Source: Candidatus Woesearchaeota archaeon
Lineage (GTDB): Archaea > Nanobdellota > Nanobdellia > Woesearchaeales > ARS49
Assembly: GCA_019322895.1 (NCBI GenBank)
Contig: JAHWHZ010000001.1
Location: 459,528 to 523,527, forward strand
Length of the DNA: 64,000 bases
Direction of reading: 5' to 3'
Below the pieces are notes generated by a model. The model worked only from the letters and a program-made list of their open reading frames with translations. It was not told where the DNA came from and made no database searches. The position numbers and the translations under genes are program-made. Positions 9,189-18,922 of this stretch are shown piece after piece; the stretch's first letter is position 1, and each line of letters begins with the position of its first letter.

Positions 9189-10145
9189 ATGAATCAAAGT
9201 GTTATCTGGACAGAGAAATACAGGCCTTCTGTTTTTGAGGAGATAAAAGGCCAGAAAGAGATAGTATCCAAAGTTAAGGCTTTTGTTGAGCAGAAAAATC
9301 TTCCGCATCTATTGTTTGCAGGACCTGCAGGCATTGGCAAGAGCACGCTGGCATTAGTTACCGCCAGGCAGATGTTTGGCGAGGGATGGAAGCAGAATTT
9401 TCTTGAGCTTAATGCTTCTGATGAAAGAGGAATAGATGTTGTAAGGGTTAAGGTAAAGGATTTTGCAAGGACAAAGGCAATCGGCGATGTTCCTTTCAAG
9501 ATAATCTTTCTAGATGAATGTGATGCTTTGACAAGAGATGCACAGCAGGCCTTGAGGAGAACCATGGAGAATTATGCTTCTACCTGCAGATTTATTCTTG
9601 CGTGCAATTATTCTTCAAAGATAATTGACCCTATACAGTCAAGGTGCGCCATGTTCCGCTTCAGGCCTCTTGAAAAAGAGCACATGCTCGCGCTGGTTAA
9701 TTTTATTGTTGAAAAAGAGAAGCTGAAGGTTGATGATGATGCCAAATCTGCTTTGATTGAGGTCTCAGGAGGAGACTGCAGGAAATTAGAGAATGTTCTG
9801 CAGAGCTGTGCTTCTGTGACAGACAAGATCACGCACGAAGTTGTTTATTCCATGGCTTCGACTGCGCAGCCACAGGAAATCAAGGAATTATTGAGCATTG
9901 CAGTCAAAGGAGATTTTCTTGCGTCAAGAAAGCAGTTGTTGGATATCATGCTTCGCTATGGTCTTTCTGGCCTGGATGTCATAAAGCAGATACAGAAAGA
10001 GATATGGGAATTAGATATTGATGCCAGGCAAAAGGTTGCTTTAGTCGACAAGTGCGGAGAGATTGAGTTCAGGCTGGTTGAAGGCTCTGATGAATACCTG
10101 CAGTTAGAGGCATTGCTTGCTCAGATCTGTGCTGTCAAGAATTAG
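9189..10145 (+). CDS. rfcS: replication factor C small subunit
   Basis: Walker A GPAGIGKST, DEAD-box-like LDECD, SRC motif (SRCAMFRF) and a clamp-loader fold arrangement. Confidence 0.85.
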   Translation: MNQSVIWTEKYRPSVFEEIKGQKEIVSKVKAFVEQKNLPHLLFAGPAGIGKSTLALVTARQMFGEGWKQNFLELNASDERGIDVVRVKVKDFARTKAIGDVPFKIIFLDECDALTRDAQQALRRTMENYASTCRFILACNYSSKIIDPIQSRCAMFRFRPLEKEHMLALVNFIVEKEKLKVDDDAKSALIEVSGGDCRKLENVLQSCASVTDKITHEVVYSMASTAQPQEIKELLSIAVKGDFLASRKQLLDIMLRYGLSGLDVIKQIQKEIWELDIDARQKVALVDKCGEIEFRLVEGSDEYLQLEALLAQICAVKN

Positions 10146-11074
10146 TCTGCTAAAAGCCATTTATAATATTCTTTTGTCATGTTTGTATATTGTTTCTTCA
10201 CTTCGTCATGCCCAAGATCTATGTTTAAAGATAATCTTGTAAAATCCAGGACAGTCTCTCTTACAAGGCCAGACATCGGTTTATCATCATCTTGTTGGAT
10301 CTTTTCAGAAGCCGCATAAAATTCAAAAACAAGAGGTTTTTCACTGTCATATTTATCAGCATCAACTATGCATACTGCAATGCAGGGTTTTGCACCGTGC
10401 TGTGTTCTTGCATACTCGCGGTAATCCATCAGGCTCATGCCTTTAGCAGTTCTATGAGTATCTCTTAATTCTCTTAAAAGAGCAATGTCAAATCTATTAT
10501 CTTCAGTAACAGGTGCAATATGTATGTGTGCGTGCCCGGCATTTTGATATGTGTCGGGCATTCCTCTTTGATAAGTTGGTTTTTCTTTTCCATTTAATCT
10601 TGTTCCCCGAACATGGCCGTATCTGTCTTTTAAGACACCGTCTTCTTTGCCATAATCACTTGCTGTCTTTCCAATACCATTATTGGCCCATACAGCCACT
10701 TTTTTATAATCTGCATTCAGAAGCTTTTCAACAATAGTTTTCAGGCTTTTTTCCCTGTTTTCAAAGACAAGTTCTGCTAAAGGCGAAGGATCAAGCGCAT
10801 GGTCTGGCGCTGCTGCAAAAGCATTTTTATCCCTGAAAATACTTTCAATCTTGTCTTTTGTATCAAAATCTTCTGTTCTTAGTATTGAGGATTTTCCCCT
10901 CTTGCGCATTATCGGTCTTGAGATATAGAGAATATGAAGCATTGTTGCAATGCCTGCCATTGGAACTATGACTGCTTCTGGAAATTCATGTATGATATCC
11001 AGTCCAAAGCATTCATACCTGCCTTTGAAATTTTTTGGCAGGCAGAGTTTCCCGCAAACATTAAGCAAATGCAT
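10142..11074 (-). CDS. HIT-superfamily-like protein (HxHxHxx motif) with N-terminal extension, GalT/Apa2/DcpS-like architecture
   Basis: Central HAHIHIAP histidine-triad motif with about 120 aa downstream. The N-terminal 40-60 aa may be caller over-extension. Confidence 0.35.
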   Translation of the reverse strand: MHLLNVCGKLCLPKNFKGRYECFGLDIIHEFPEAVIVPMAGIATMLHILYISRPIMRKRGKSSILRTEDFDTKDKIESIFRDKNAFAAAPDHALDPSPLAELVFENREKSLKTIVEKLLNADYKKVAVWANNGIGKTASDYGKEDGVLKDRYGHVRGTRLNGKEKPTYQRGMPDTYQNAGHAHIHIAPVTEDNRFDIALLRELRDTHRTAKGMSLMDYREYARTQHGAKPCIAVCIVDADKYDSEKPLVFEFYAASEKIQQDDDKPMSGLVRETVLDFTRLSLNIDLGHDEVKKQYTNMTKEYYKWLLAD

Positions 11075-11122
11075 GTTTAAGAATAAGAGGGGATTCTATA
11101 AAAAGATTAGGAAAAAAAATAA

Positions 11123-12103
11123 TTATTCAGAAGCATTTCCTGCTTCTGTTGGTGTTTCTGGAGCAGTCGGACCTTCTCCAGAGCTTTTGACTGTTATCGT
11201 TGTCTGCTGGTATTCCTCATAATCATATTCTGCATCTATTGTGATCAGCTGCTCAAAGTCTGTTCTTGTGTCAACTGTCTGCGTGCAAGTGATTATCTTT
11301 GACCCGTCAAAAAGAGTTACGTATCCTTCTGCTGTTTTTCCTGAGGTCTCAAGTCCTGTGCAGCTCAGTCCTGGAAGGTTTGTATCAACTTTTATATAGA
11401 CGCTATCCTTGTTTTTTCTTTGTGTCTTGTCGCACAAGGTTCTTTTTGCAAACACGTCTCCTCCGCCGACATTCTTTACTTCAAAGCTGAATCCTATCTT
11501 GTTTCTTGCACGCGCGCTTTCCTTGAAATCAGAGAACTGTATCGGGCCTCCTGAATTAAATGCTGGTTTGGCGCCTGTGATTTCGCAGATTCCTTCTGGT
11601 GCAGGATTAAGTATGTTTTCGCGCACACAAATCTTGCTTACTGCTTTTGTTCCATATAGATAGCACACTTCTGCTCTTAATGGCAGGTCAATCTGCGTGC
11701 CTGCTATTGGGGATATATGGTTCAGTTCCTTGAATTCAACAAAGACAGGAGCTCCTGGAAGTATGTTGCCTTGGGCATCTTTCATTGTCTCTGGAAGGTC
11801 ATCTTCAGGGCTTGCTGTCAGCTGCTCTTCAAGCTTGCCAAACTCTGCAGGGTTTATTCCAGATATCTTTACCCGCACATCTTCTTTTTGTACAGGAACT
11901 TCGCCTTTGTTTTCAAGCTTTAGAATAATATCAAAAGGGTCTCTTCCGCCATCAAAGATCTCTGCCCTGAAATCAACAAATTCTGATACAACGCCTGTGG
12001 TGCCGCCGATAAAAGGCGATACAATCTCTATCTGTTCTCCGCCTTGGCACCCAATCACAAAAATTAACAGCATTATTATTGCAAAGAAGCTTATTTTTTT
12101 CAT
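11123..12103 (-). CDS. secreted lipoprotein, paralog 3 of a 3-member tandem family
   Basis: Signal peptide plus lipobox-like VIGC. Shared family motifs are ACYxYxT, CID, SGGQGAP, NVGGGDVF and C-terminal YGY. Acidic Thr/Pro-rich C-terminal tail. Confidence 0.6.
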   Translation of the reverse strand: MKKISFFAIIMLLIFVIGCQGGEQIEIVSPFIGGTTGVVSEFVDFRAEIFDGGRDPFDIILKLENKGEVPVQKEDVRVKISGINPAEFGKLEEQLTASPEDDLPETMKDAQGNILPGAPVFVEFKELNHISPIAGTQIDLPLRAEVCYLYGTKAVSKICVRENILNPAPEGICEITGAKPAFNSGGPIQFSDFKESARARNKIGFSFEVKNVGGGDVFAKRTLCDKTQRKNKDSVYIKVDTNLPGLSCTGLETSGKTAEGYVTLFDGSKIITCTQTVDTRTDFEQLITIDAEYDYEEYQQTTITVKSSGEGPTAPETPTEAGNASE

Positions 12104-12170
12104 TTTATCAATCCTCGTAAATTATAAAGAAATCTTTGCCTCTCAATTATATAAATTTTTCTATTATTAA

Positions 12171-13127
12171 TTAATATACGGAAACAATTTCTATGTCTTT
12201 AAATATGCTGTTTTTATAGCCGTATGCAAGTGTTATGCTCATCGGAGTTGTATATGCATCTTGTCCTCTTGTCATGAATTCGCAGAAAACTGTTCCTTTG
12301 CCATTTGTCAGCCTTATATGATTGTTGTCTAATGGCTTGCAGGTTGGCTTTATTGACATGCCTGATATCATAACATCCCTTAATTCAACATAATCAATCT
12401 CATCAAAGCCTAATCCTGCTGTAAAAGGGCTGCATTTCTGGAGATACTGCGCTCCTGACCTGAATACATCGCCTCCGCCTACATTACTGACATGTATCTT
12501 GAATCTTGTCCTGCCCGGGCTTGGCTCAACTTCTATTGTAGAAACTGAAATCGGCGCCCCCTGGCCTCCACTTAATGAGATTGATGTTGGAGTGCAGATT
12601 TTTGCTCTTGTGGTTGGCGAGTAAGGATCAGGATCGATGCATATCGGTGCTGTTGCAATTGTTTCATAAGCATAGCACGCTGTTGCAAGAAGCCGTACAG
12701 GATATTTGTCAATGTTTTTTGGAGCCAACGGAGCAATAGTTCCTTTGAATCCCACTACATCCAGCCCCCCTTCTGTAACGAATTGTGTCTTTCCTTCTAT
12801 GTAAGGTATGTTTTCCCCCCACTCAAGTATTCCTGTAATTATAGACGGGTCAAACCCTGAAAGGTATATCTTGTCTCCTGGGCCGCCGACAGTATATGCT
12901 CCTCTGTTTTCTATCTCAACTAGCGCACTGAACTGTTCTGTGTCAAACAGCCTGTTTGGTGGAAGGTTTGGTGCAAAATTAAGGTTAAGCCCTTGTGTTC
13001 CTGTCCTGTATTGTGTCATAAGACTTGTTTCTTTGTCAGGCGCTCTAGGAGCGCACGCGCTTATTAAAACTCCAAGAACCAATAATATGAGGATGATTTT
13101 CTTCATTTTTACTCTTGTTTGATTCAA
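12171..13127 (-). CDS. secreted lipoprotein, paralog 2
   Basis: Signal peptide (possible internal start MKKIILILL at 13106) and lipobox LISAC. Carries the same conserved motifs as its neighbours (ATACYAYETIATAPICIDPDP, SGGQGAPISV, NVGGGDVF, LAYGY). Confidence 0.6.
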   Translation of the reverse strand: MNQTRVKMKKIILILLVLGVLISACAPRAPDKETSLMTQYRTGTQGLNLNFAPNLPPNRLFDTEQFSALVEIENRGAYTVGGPGDKIYLSGFDPSIITGILEWGENIPYIEGKTQFVTEGGLDVVGFKGTIAPLAPKNIDKYPVRLLATACYAYETIATAPICIDPDPYSPTTRAKICTPTSISLSGGQGAPISVSTIEVEPSPGRTRFKIHVSNVGGGDVFRSGAQYLQKCSPFTAGLGFDEIDYVELRDVMISGMSIKPTCKPLDNNHIRLTNGKGTVFCEFMTRGQDAYTTPMSITLAYGYKNSIFKDIEIVSVY

Positions 13128-13143
13128 GTTTTTAAATACTTTT

Positions 13144-14064
13144 TTATTTTATTTCTATTTTCTTGATTTCAAGCCCTTTTACCATCCGGTCCATGTAGCC
13201 GTAATTTACCTCAATTGATAATGGCGCAAGGTATGTTCCTTCTTCCTTGTAAATTCCGCCTTCAAGTGTGCATACAATCCTTTGGTCTTTTGTTAGCTTG
13301 ATTTTTTCTGGCCTGCAGTTCAGCTCAACATCAGATAATGCTGCTCTTAATTCAACCTTGTTCCAGGTCTCTTCACCAAGTGGCTTGCCTGTACATGCAT
13401 CAAAAACCTTGTCTTTCACCATTGCCTGTCCTTTTCCTAAATTTTCAAGCTTGATTATGAACTCGGGCTGTATTCTTTCAGGATCCTCATGCACCAGCAT
13501 TTTAGGCTCTACAGATGTGACTGCCACAGGAGCGCCCTGCCCTCCTGAGAATGTTATTTTTTGTGTTTTACAGGGCTTTGTTCTTACAATGTTTGTTATG
13601 TCCGTATCAATGCACACAAGCGCAGTTGCTTCTGTCTTGTAGGGATAGCATGCGCTGGCAACTATTGCTGTCTCAAAGTGCTCGAATTGCGGAGGCAGCA
13701 TTCGTGCCTGTGCCCTGAAGCTTTTTGTTGTTTCAGTTCCTTCAGGATAAAAGACAGATTTTCCTGCTAAGTCAAACTTGTCATTGCTTTCTGAAGTAAA
13801 ATAAATCTGCTGCTCTTCATACCCTATTGAGATCATCCCATTTTGTATGTCTGCTGCTCCTTTGTTGTATATTTTTGGCATGATTTCAAAATAGCGCCCT
13901 TCATAGACTTCTGAAGGAGGCAGTTCAGGCAGGAATTCCATGACAACTCCTTGTGTTCCTTTGTGGATTTCAGGAACCTTTATTTCTTCTTTTTTTGTTT
14001 GCATGTACGTACAACTAGCTAAAATCGCAAGTATAATCATCATTGAAAAAATTATTTTTTTCAT
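13144..14064 (-). CDS. secreted lipoprotein, paralog 1
   Basis: Signal peptide plus ILASC lipobox. Motifs ASACYPYKTEATALVCIDTD, SGGQGAPVAV and VNYGY. Confidence 0.6.
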   Translation of the reverse strand: MKKIIFSMMIILAILASCTYMQTKKEEIKVPEIHKGTQGVVMEFLPELPPSEVYEGRYFEIMPKIYNKGAADIQNGMISIGYEEQQIYFTSESNDKFDLAGKSVFYPEGTETTKSFRAQARMLPPQFEHFETAIVASACYPYKTEATALVCIDTDITNIVRTKPCKTQKITFSGGQGAPVAVTSVEPKMLVHEDPERIQPEFIIKLENLGKGQAMVKDKVFDACTGKPLGEETWNKVELRAALSDVELNCRPEKIKLTKDQRIVCTLEGGIYKEEGTYLAPLSIEVNYGYMDRMVKGLEIKKIEIK

Positions 14065-15569
14065 GTTGTTGCTTCTTGTTTTTCTACTGTTATTGAGCGC
14101 TGTGTTGAATAACTGTAATCATATCTCGTGGTGACCTTTATGTTTCTGATTGATACAGGGTCCTCTCCCATTAAATCATCAAAGTCTGTTATTTTAGTAA
14201 ATGCCCTGAATGTGAAGCCAACAATGTCTTTTTCCTTGTTGACCTGGTCAAGCAGTTTCTTTGGAAGCAGATAAGCGGTTTCAACTCCGTCATCGCAGAA
14301 CTCTGCATCTTTTTCATCAAGTTCTTCGCATGGAGTTGCCTCGACTTCAATTCCATTTATGTTGTCTATTTCCATTCCTTTCGGAGTCAAAAGAATAAGG
14401 TATTCTATCTTTTTGAGCTCTCCTATCCACGCATTATCAATGGTTACACCGATTGTAGGTCCTTGCTCAGAGACTGTTGTATATGCTATCCCTACTGGCT
14501 GTGTTTCAACACCTGCTCCGACTCCAATCATGACAGGCCCTGCTGTGTAGATTGTTTTAGTCTGTTTTTGCGGGAAGTCAGCCAAGGGGTCGATGCCTTC
14601 TCTTCGGTACTCCCTTAACCTGTCTTTTTCAATCAAGTAAACACGTTTGTAAGCTCTTGTTGTGAATTCGAAGTTTGCAGCCAGCTTGAATACATAGCTT
14701 TTTGCTTTCAGGTCCTTGAATATGCAGTCAATTGCCTGTTCTTCTGTAGTGTAAACCTTGAATTCTTTTTTCGGGATGACTTGGTCTGCAGTTATCTTGT
14801 CTGCAGTGCACGTCAATTTGATATCCAGAGGATCTTCCATTGTTTCTGCTTTTAATGTTGAATAAACTGTTGCCGGCTCGCCTTCATAGAATGTCGGATG
14901 CGCTGCCTTCAGCGGCTCAATAAATACCCCGAGCATTTTCTTGGCGCCTTCGTCCACCTGGCCGGTATAATAGTCTCCCGACGCAATCTTGATGCTCCGC
15001 TCTACCTCTTTTTCAACAGTCTCTTTTATGCCTACAAGAGTATCCCAGACATGATAAGCTGCATCAACAGTTGCTCTTACTAGATATCTTATTGTTATTG
15101 CAGGCGAGATTGTGGGGATCGTGTATCCTTGCTGCCCTGCATATTCTTGTATCTGTGGCATGAATGAGAATGTGAGCAGCATGATCCAGAACAAAAGATA
15201 GATTGTGCTTATCCAGGGATATTCTTCTGAATGGAAAAACAGCAGATAGATGATCCACACTGGATTAAATACCATTATTATACCGGCAATTGCACTATAT
15301 TGTGCAAGAAGACTATACAGCAATGGCATGACAAGTGCGCTTAAGATAAAGCAGACTAATATCGGCTTCCAGTCATGATATTTTTGCTGGAGCCTGTATG
15401 CAATCACGGCATAAAGCGCAAAAAACAAGGCCCACGTGTATAAGTTGATTGCTCCTTTATAATAACGCGTGAACACGTCAAACAAATGCACTGCGCCCAC
15501 TATCAGGATAATTCCAATACCTAATGCTGTGCTTTGTATTTTTTCAGTGTCAACCATTTCATTTAGCAC
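14061..15569 (-). CDS. polytopic membrane protein with large extracytoplasmic C-terminal domain
   Basis: 502 aa with about 5 N-terminal TM helices and a roughly 330-aa soluble domain. The start overlaps the upstream gene by 11 nt and the stop overlaps the downstream start by 4 nt. Confidence 0.55.
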   Translation of the reverse strand: MLNEMVDTEKIQSTALGIGIILIVGAVHLFDVFTRYYKGAINLYTWALFFALYAVIAYRLQQKYHDWKPILVCFILSALVMPLLYSLLAQYSAIAGIIMVFNPVWIIYLLFFHSEEYPWISTIYLLFWIMLLTFSFMPQIQEYAGQQGYTIPTISPAITIRYLVRATVDAAYHVWDTLVGIKETVEKEVERSIKIASGDYYTGQVDEGAKKMLGVFIEPLKAAHPTFYEGEPATVYSTLKAETMEDPLDIKLTCTADKITADQVIPKKEFKVYTTEEQAIDCIFKDLKAKSYVFKLAANFEFTTRAYKRVYLIEKDRLREYRREGIDPLADFPQKQTKTIYTAGPVMIGVGAGVETQPVGIAYTTVSEQGPTIGVTIDNAWIGELKKIEYLILLTPKGMEIDNINGIEVEATPCEELDEKDAEFCDDGVETAYLLPKKLLDQVNKEKDIVGFTFRAFTKITDFDDLMGEDPVSIRNIKVTTRYDYSYSTQRSITVEKQEATT

Positions 15570-16725
15570 TTATCTCAAGTTTTACGATGTTGAGTTCTGT
15601 CAATGGCGTTAATTCCACATAATTGTTTCCTTCTTCAATTATGTTTGATATGTCTGCCCTGTACGTAGGAGTTCTCTGGTCTATCATGTATAATCTGCCA
15701 TTCACATTTAAGCGCGCATTTTTTAATTTATTGTCATCAATGAATTTTATTACCAGTTCTGCATCTTGTATGCCGTCTGCTATTTGTTCATAAAGCACGC
15801 TGTTAACATTGAAGTAATCCATGAAGCCTTTTGTAGGGTCTAATATTGTCTTTAGTCTTATCTGTTCAACAGACGCACTGCCAGATGACAGCATTATTTC
15901 AACCATATTCTTGCCTGCTTTAAGGTCTTCTTTGTAGATGTCTTTCCTGTTCAGGCTTTCGCAGTTAGGCACGCCTGAGAATATGCTCTTGTCATTTATG
16001 CTTATTGTCATTGTGCCTACAGATAGTTGGTCGCATAATGGATAAAAGTCCATCCAGGCCCTTTCAAGATTGTTGTGCTCAACCTGGCTTATTGGCAGGT
16101 CAATCATTCCAGAAAGCTTGCTTTTGTCAAGCACATCTCCGATTATCTTGACATCTGTCAATTCGTATTTCCTTGTAGGTATGCCGAATCCTTCTGCCTG
16201 GAAGCTTATTGTGTTCTTTTTCTGAAGGTAATTCTTGCTTATTGGTATTGGCGGAGGGTTTGTCTGTCTTATCTCTCCTTCAAACACATCCATATCATTG
16301 AATCGTACTTTTAATGCGCCTTCGTGAACTGGCGCTGCAAAGCTGACATACACATTTTGCGTGTTTGCAGGGTCTGCTATGCCGAATGTGTGAGCTTTTC
16401 GGTCTGTCTTGTAGATTGTTTTCTTTATTGTGAACGGATTTATTGTGGTCAGTATCTCTGCACCGCGAGATTCGTGCAAGTAAAGGTTTGGAAGATAGTG
16501 GTCAAACTCATTTTCAGCCACAAATTCAATTTTTCCTATCGGTGCTTGCAGCAATACTTTTTTTTCAATAACTTCTCCGGTCTCTGAAAGATTTTCATCT
16601 GCAAAAAGTGCAGCTCTTTCTCCTGGAGGTAAAAATATTATATAGAAAACTAACAGCAAGGCTATTATTCCTATGAGCGAGGCTGCAGTGGCGCCTACTG
16701 GTGCTCCATCAGCTCTTTTTTTCAT
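15559..16725 (-). CDS. signal-anchored secreted protein, first gene of surface operon
   Basis: 388 aa with one N-terminal hydrophobic helix (AASLIGIIALLLVFYIIFL) and no recognisable domain. Confidence 0.55.
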   Translation of the reverse strand: MKKRADGAPVGATAASLIGIIALLLVFYIIFLPPGERAALFADENLSETGEVIEKKVLLQAPIGKIEFVAENEFDHYLPNLYLHESRGAEILTTINPFTIKKTIYKTDRKAHTFGIADPANTQNVYVSFAAPVHEGALKVRFNDMDVFEGEIRQTNPPPIPISKNYLQKKNTISFQAEGFGIPTRKYELTDVKIIGDVLDKSKLSGMIDLPISQVEHNNLERAWMDFYPLCDQLSVGTMTISINDKSIFSGVPNCESLNRKDIYKEDLKAGKNMVEIMLSSGSASVEQIRLKTILDPTKGFMDYFNVNSVLYEQIADGIQDAELVIKFIDDNKLKNARLNVNGRLYMIDQRTPTYRADISNIIEEGNNYVELTPLTELNIVKLEISAK

Positions 16726-16834
16726 TGAATCACCCTTTTTTCTTTTGTTAGTATATTACTAACTAGAGTATATATAAATGTTTTTCTTTTTATAGGGGTA
16801 AGTTTTAAATGCTGATGTGGTTTTTATTTGTGTT

Positions 16835-17890
16835 ATGAAGATAATCAGTTCAAATTTCAAGAAAGGAGAAGCAAAGGTAAAAGTTGAGAACCTTGATGAT
16901 CTTTGGTATCTTAGCCAGGTGATTGATGCAGGCGATACTGTAAAAGGCAAGACCTTCCGCAAGATCAAGGTAGGCAGTGCTGAAAAAGAAGCTGTCAGGA
17001 AGACTGTTTTTATTGTTTTGCAAGTTGAGAAAGTTGAGTTTTCCAAGACAACAAACAGGCTGCGCGTCTTAGGCACGATATTAGAAGGGCCTGAAGATGT
17101 GCAAAAAGGAAGTTATCACACATTTAATATTGAAGTTGATACTATTATTACGATTATAAAGGAAGAGTGGCCTTCTTATCAGATAAACCGCCTGAAAGAA
17201 GCTGCACAGGCAAGGCTTTTGAAGATATTGATTTGTGTTTTTGACAGGGAAGATGCTTATTTTGCCTTGATGAAGCGCGCAGGCTATGAGTTATTGACGC
17301 ACATCCATGGAGAGGTTGCAAAGAAAGCTGTGGACACTCCCGTCAAATCAACTTTTTATTCCCAGATAATAAAACAGCTTGAGGAGTATGACAAGCGCTA
17401 CAAGCTTGACAAGATTATTCTGGCAAGCCCGGCTTTCTGGAAAGAGGAATTGCTGAAGGTATTGCAGGACAAGGAGCTTAAAAGCAAGATTGTGCAGGCA
17501 ACATGTTCTTCTGCTGACGAGTCTGCAATTAATGAGGTGCTTAAGCGCGAAGAAGTGCAGAAAGCACTTAAAGAAGAAAGAGTGAGTGAGGAGCTTGCGC
17601 TTGTTGAGCAGGTGCTTGCAGAGATATCTAAACAAGGACTTGCTGCTTATGGCATGGAAGAGGTCGCAGAAGCAGTCAATGCAGGGGCTGTCAAGGATTT
17701 GCTTGTTACAGACGCATTGATAATGAAATTAAGGGATGAAGACAAGTTCAAGCATTTAGATGCACTGATGAAGCTTGCAGACAAGAGCAAGGCAAAGATC
17801 CATATCATTTCTATAGAGCATGCAGGCGGCAAGAAACTAGAGGGTCTTGGCGGTATTGCAGCACTGCTGAGATTTAAATTATCCTATTAA
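16835..17890 (+). CDS. pelA: Pelota/Dom34 (mRNA surveillance, aRF1-like)
   Basis: N-terminal MKIISSNFKKGEAKVKVENLDDLWYLSQVI is a Pelota hallmark, with a three-domain eRF1-like layout. The start is set at ATG 16835 rather than the tracker's 16817. Confidence 0.8.
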   Translation: MKIISSNFKKGEAKVKVENLDDLWYLSQVIDAGDTVKGKTFRKIKVGSAEKEAVRKTVFIVLQVEKVEFSKTTNRLRVLGTILEGPEDVQKGSYHTFNIEVDTIITIIKEEWPSYQINRLKEAAQARLLKILICVFDREDAYFALMKRAGYELLTHIHGEVAKKAVDTPVKSTFYSQIIKQLEEYDKRYKLDKIILASPAFWKEELLKVLQDKELKSKIVQATCSSADESAINEVLKREEVQKALKEERVSEELALVEQVLAEISKQGLAAYGMEEVAEAVNAGAVKDLLVTDALIMKLRDEDKFKHLDALMKLADKSKAKIHIISIEHAGGKKLEGLGGIAALLRFKLSY

Positions 17891-18096
17891 CTATCGAATA
17901 TAATTTTCAAAATCTATTCTAAATGACATAAATGTTTATATATATGCCATCATTTCTTTACTCCAGAATAGCAACGGACAAACAAGGGGTTTTGTTTGCG
18001 CTATTATTCCCCTCTTTGTAGTGCATCAAAACCGTAACATATAAATAGTGGTTCAGATTTACCTCAAGCAAATAATAAAAAAGGGGGGAGGTATAA

Positions 18097-18894
18097 ATGA
18101 TAGTAAAAGAAGAATTTTTAAGTAAATTACGTCGGTTTTTTTCTCTGAACTTGTATGAAGTGAAGATTTGGGCGTCATTGTTGTCCAGAGGTGTTGCGAC
18201 TGCTGGAGAGCTTTCTGATATCGCTAATGTTCCAAGATCAAGAAGCTATGATGTTCTTGAGAGCCTCGAGAAAAAAGGCTTTGTCATAATGAAGCTGGGC
18301 AAGCCGATAAAGTATATTGCTGTCCCTCCTACAGAGGTTATTGAGCGCGTCAAGAAGAACATGCACGAAGAGGCCCAGATGAAAGTAAAGAGGCTCGAGG
18401 ACTTGAAAAACACAGATGTTCTAGGCGAGCTTCAGACACTTCACAAGCAGGGCATTGAAGTGATTGAGCCGACTGACTTGAGCGGAAGCATCAAGGGAAG
18501 ACACAATCTATACAATCATTTAGAACTTACTATCAAGAATGCGCAAAAATCTGTTACAATAATGACTACTTCTCAAGGTCTTATGAGAAAAGTGGAAGGA
18601 TTAAAGCCAGTCTTTGAAAAATTGAAAAAGAAAGGAGTGAAGATAAAAATCGCTGCACCTTTGACAAGGGAGACAAAAAAGACTGTAAGCGAGATTGGTT
18701 CTGTGGCAGACGTGCGTAATGCAGATTCCAAGGCAAGATTCTGCATTGTTGACGGCAAAGAGATTGTCTTTATGGTATTGGACGATAAGGAGGTTCACCC
18801 GACATATGATGTTGGAATCTGGGTGAATTCCCCGTTTTTCGCCAAAGCCCTGGAGACCTTGTTTGATACAGCATGGAAGGGCCTAAAGAAATAA
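18097..18894 (+). CDS. TrmB-family transcriptional regulator
   Basis: N-terminal TrmB wHTH (LYEVKIWASLLSRGVATAGELSDIANVPRSRSYDVLESLEKKGFV) plus a TrmB C-terminal domain. Strong SD GGGGGAGG upstream. Confidence 0.6.
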   Translation: MIVKEEFLSKLRRFFSLNLYEVKIWASLLSRGVATAGELSDIANVPRSRSYDVLESLEKKGFVIMKLGKPIKYIAVPPTEVIERVKKNMHEEAQMKVKRLEDLKNTDVLGELQTLHKQGIEVIEPTDLSGSIKGRHNLYNHLELTIKNAQKSVTIMTTSQGLMRKVEGLKPVFEKLKKKGVKIKIAAPLTRETKKTVSEIGSVADVRNADSKARFCIVDGKEIVFMVLDDKEVHPTYDVGIWVNSPFFAKALETLFDTAWKGLKK

Positions 18895-18922
18895 AATTTC
18901 TTTTTTTCTTTTTTGAATTACT

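Noticed and set aside
11697-12170. 157-aa plus-strand ORF (and 11409-11663, 11717-11923)
   Set aside because: Antisense to the lipoprotein paralog gene. The conserved paralog family supports minus-strand coding.
17891-18096. Possible C/D-box or other small RNA in the 206-nt pelA-trmB spacer
   Set aside because: No RUGAUGA/CUGA pair in correct order on either strand. Only a weak GGGG...CCCC stem and a partial family core (TTCAGATTTACC). Insufficient evidence.
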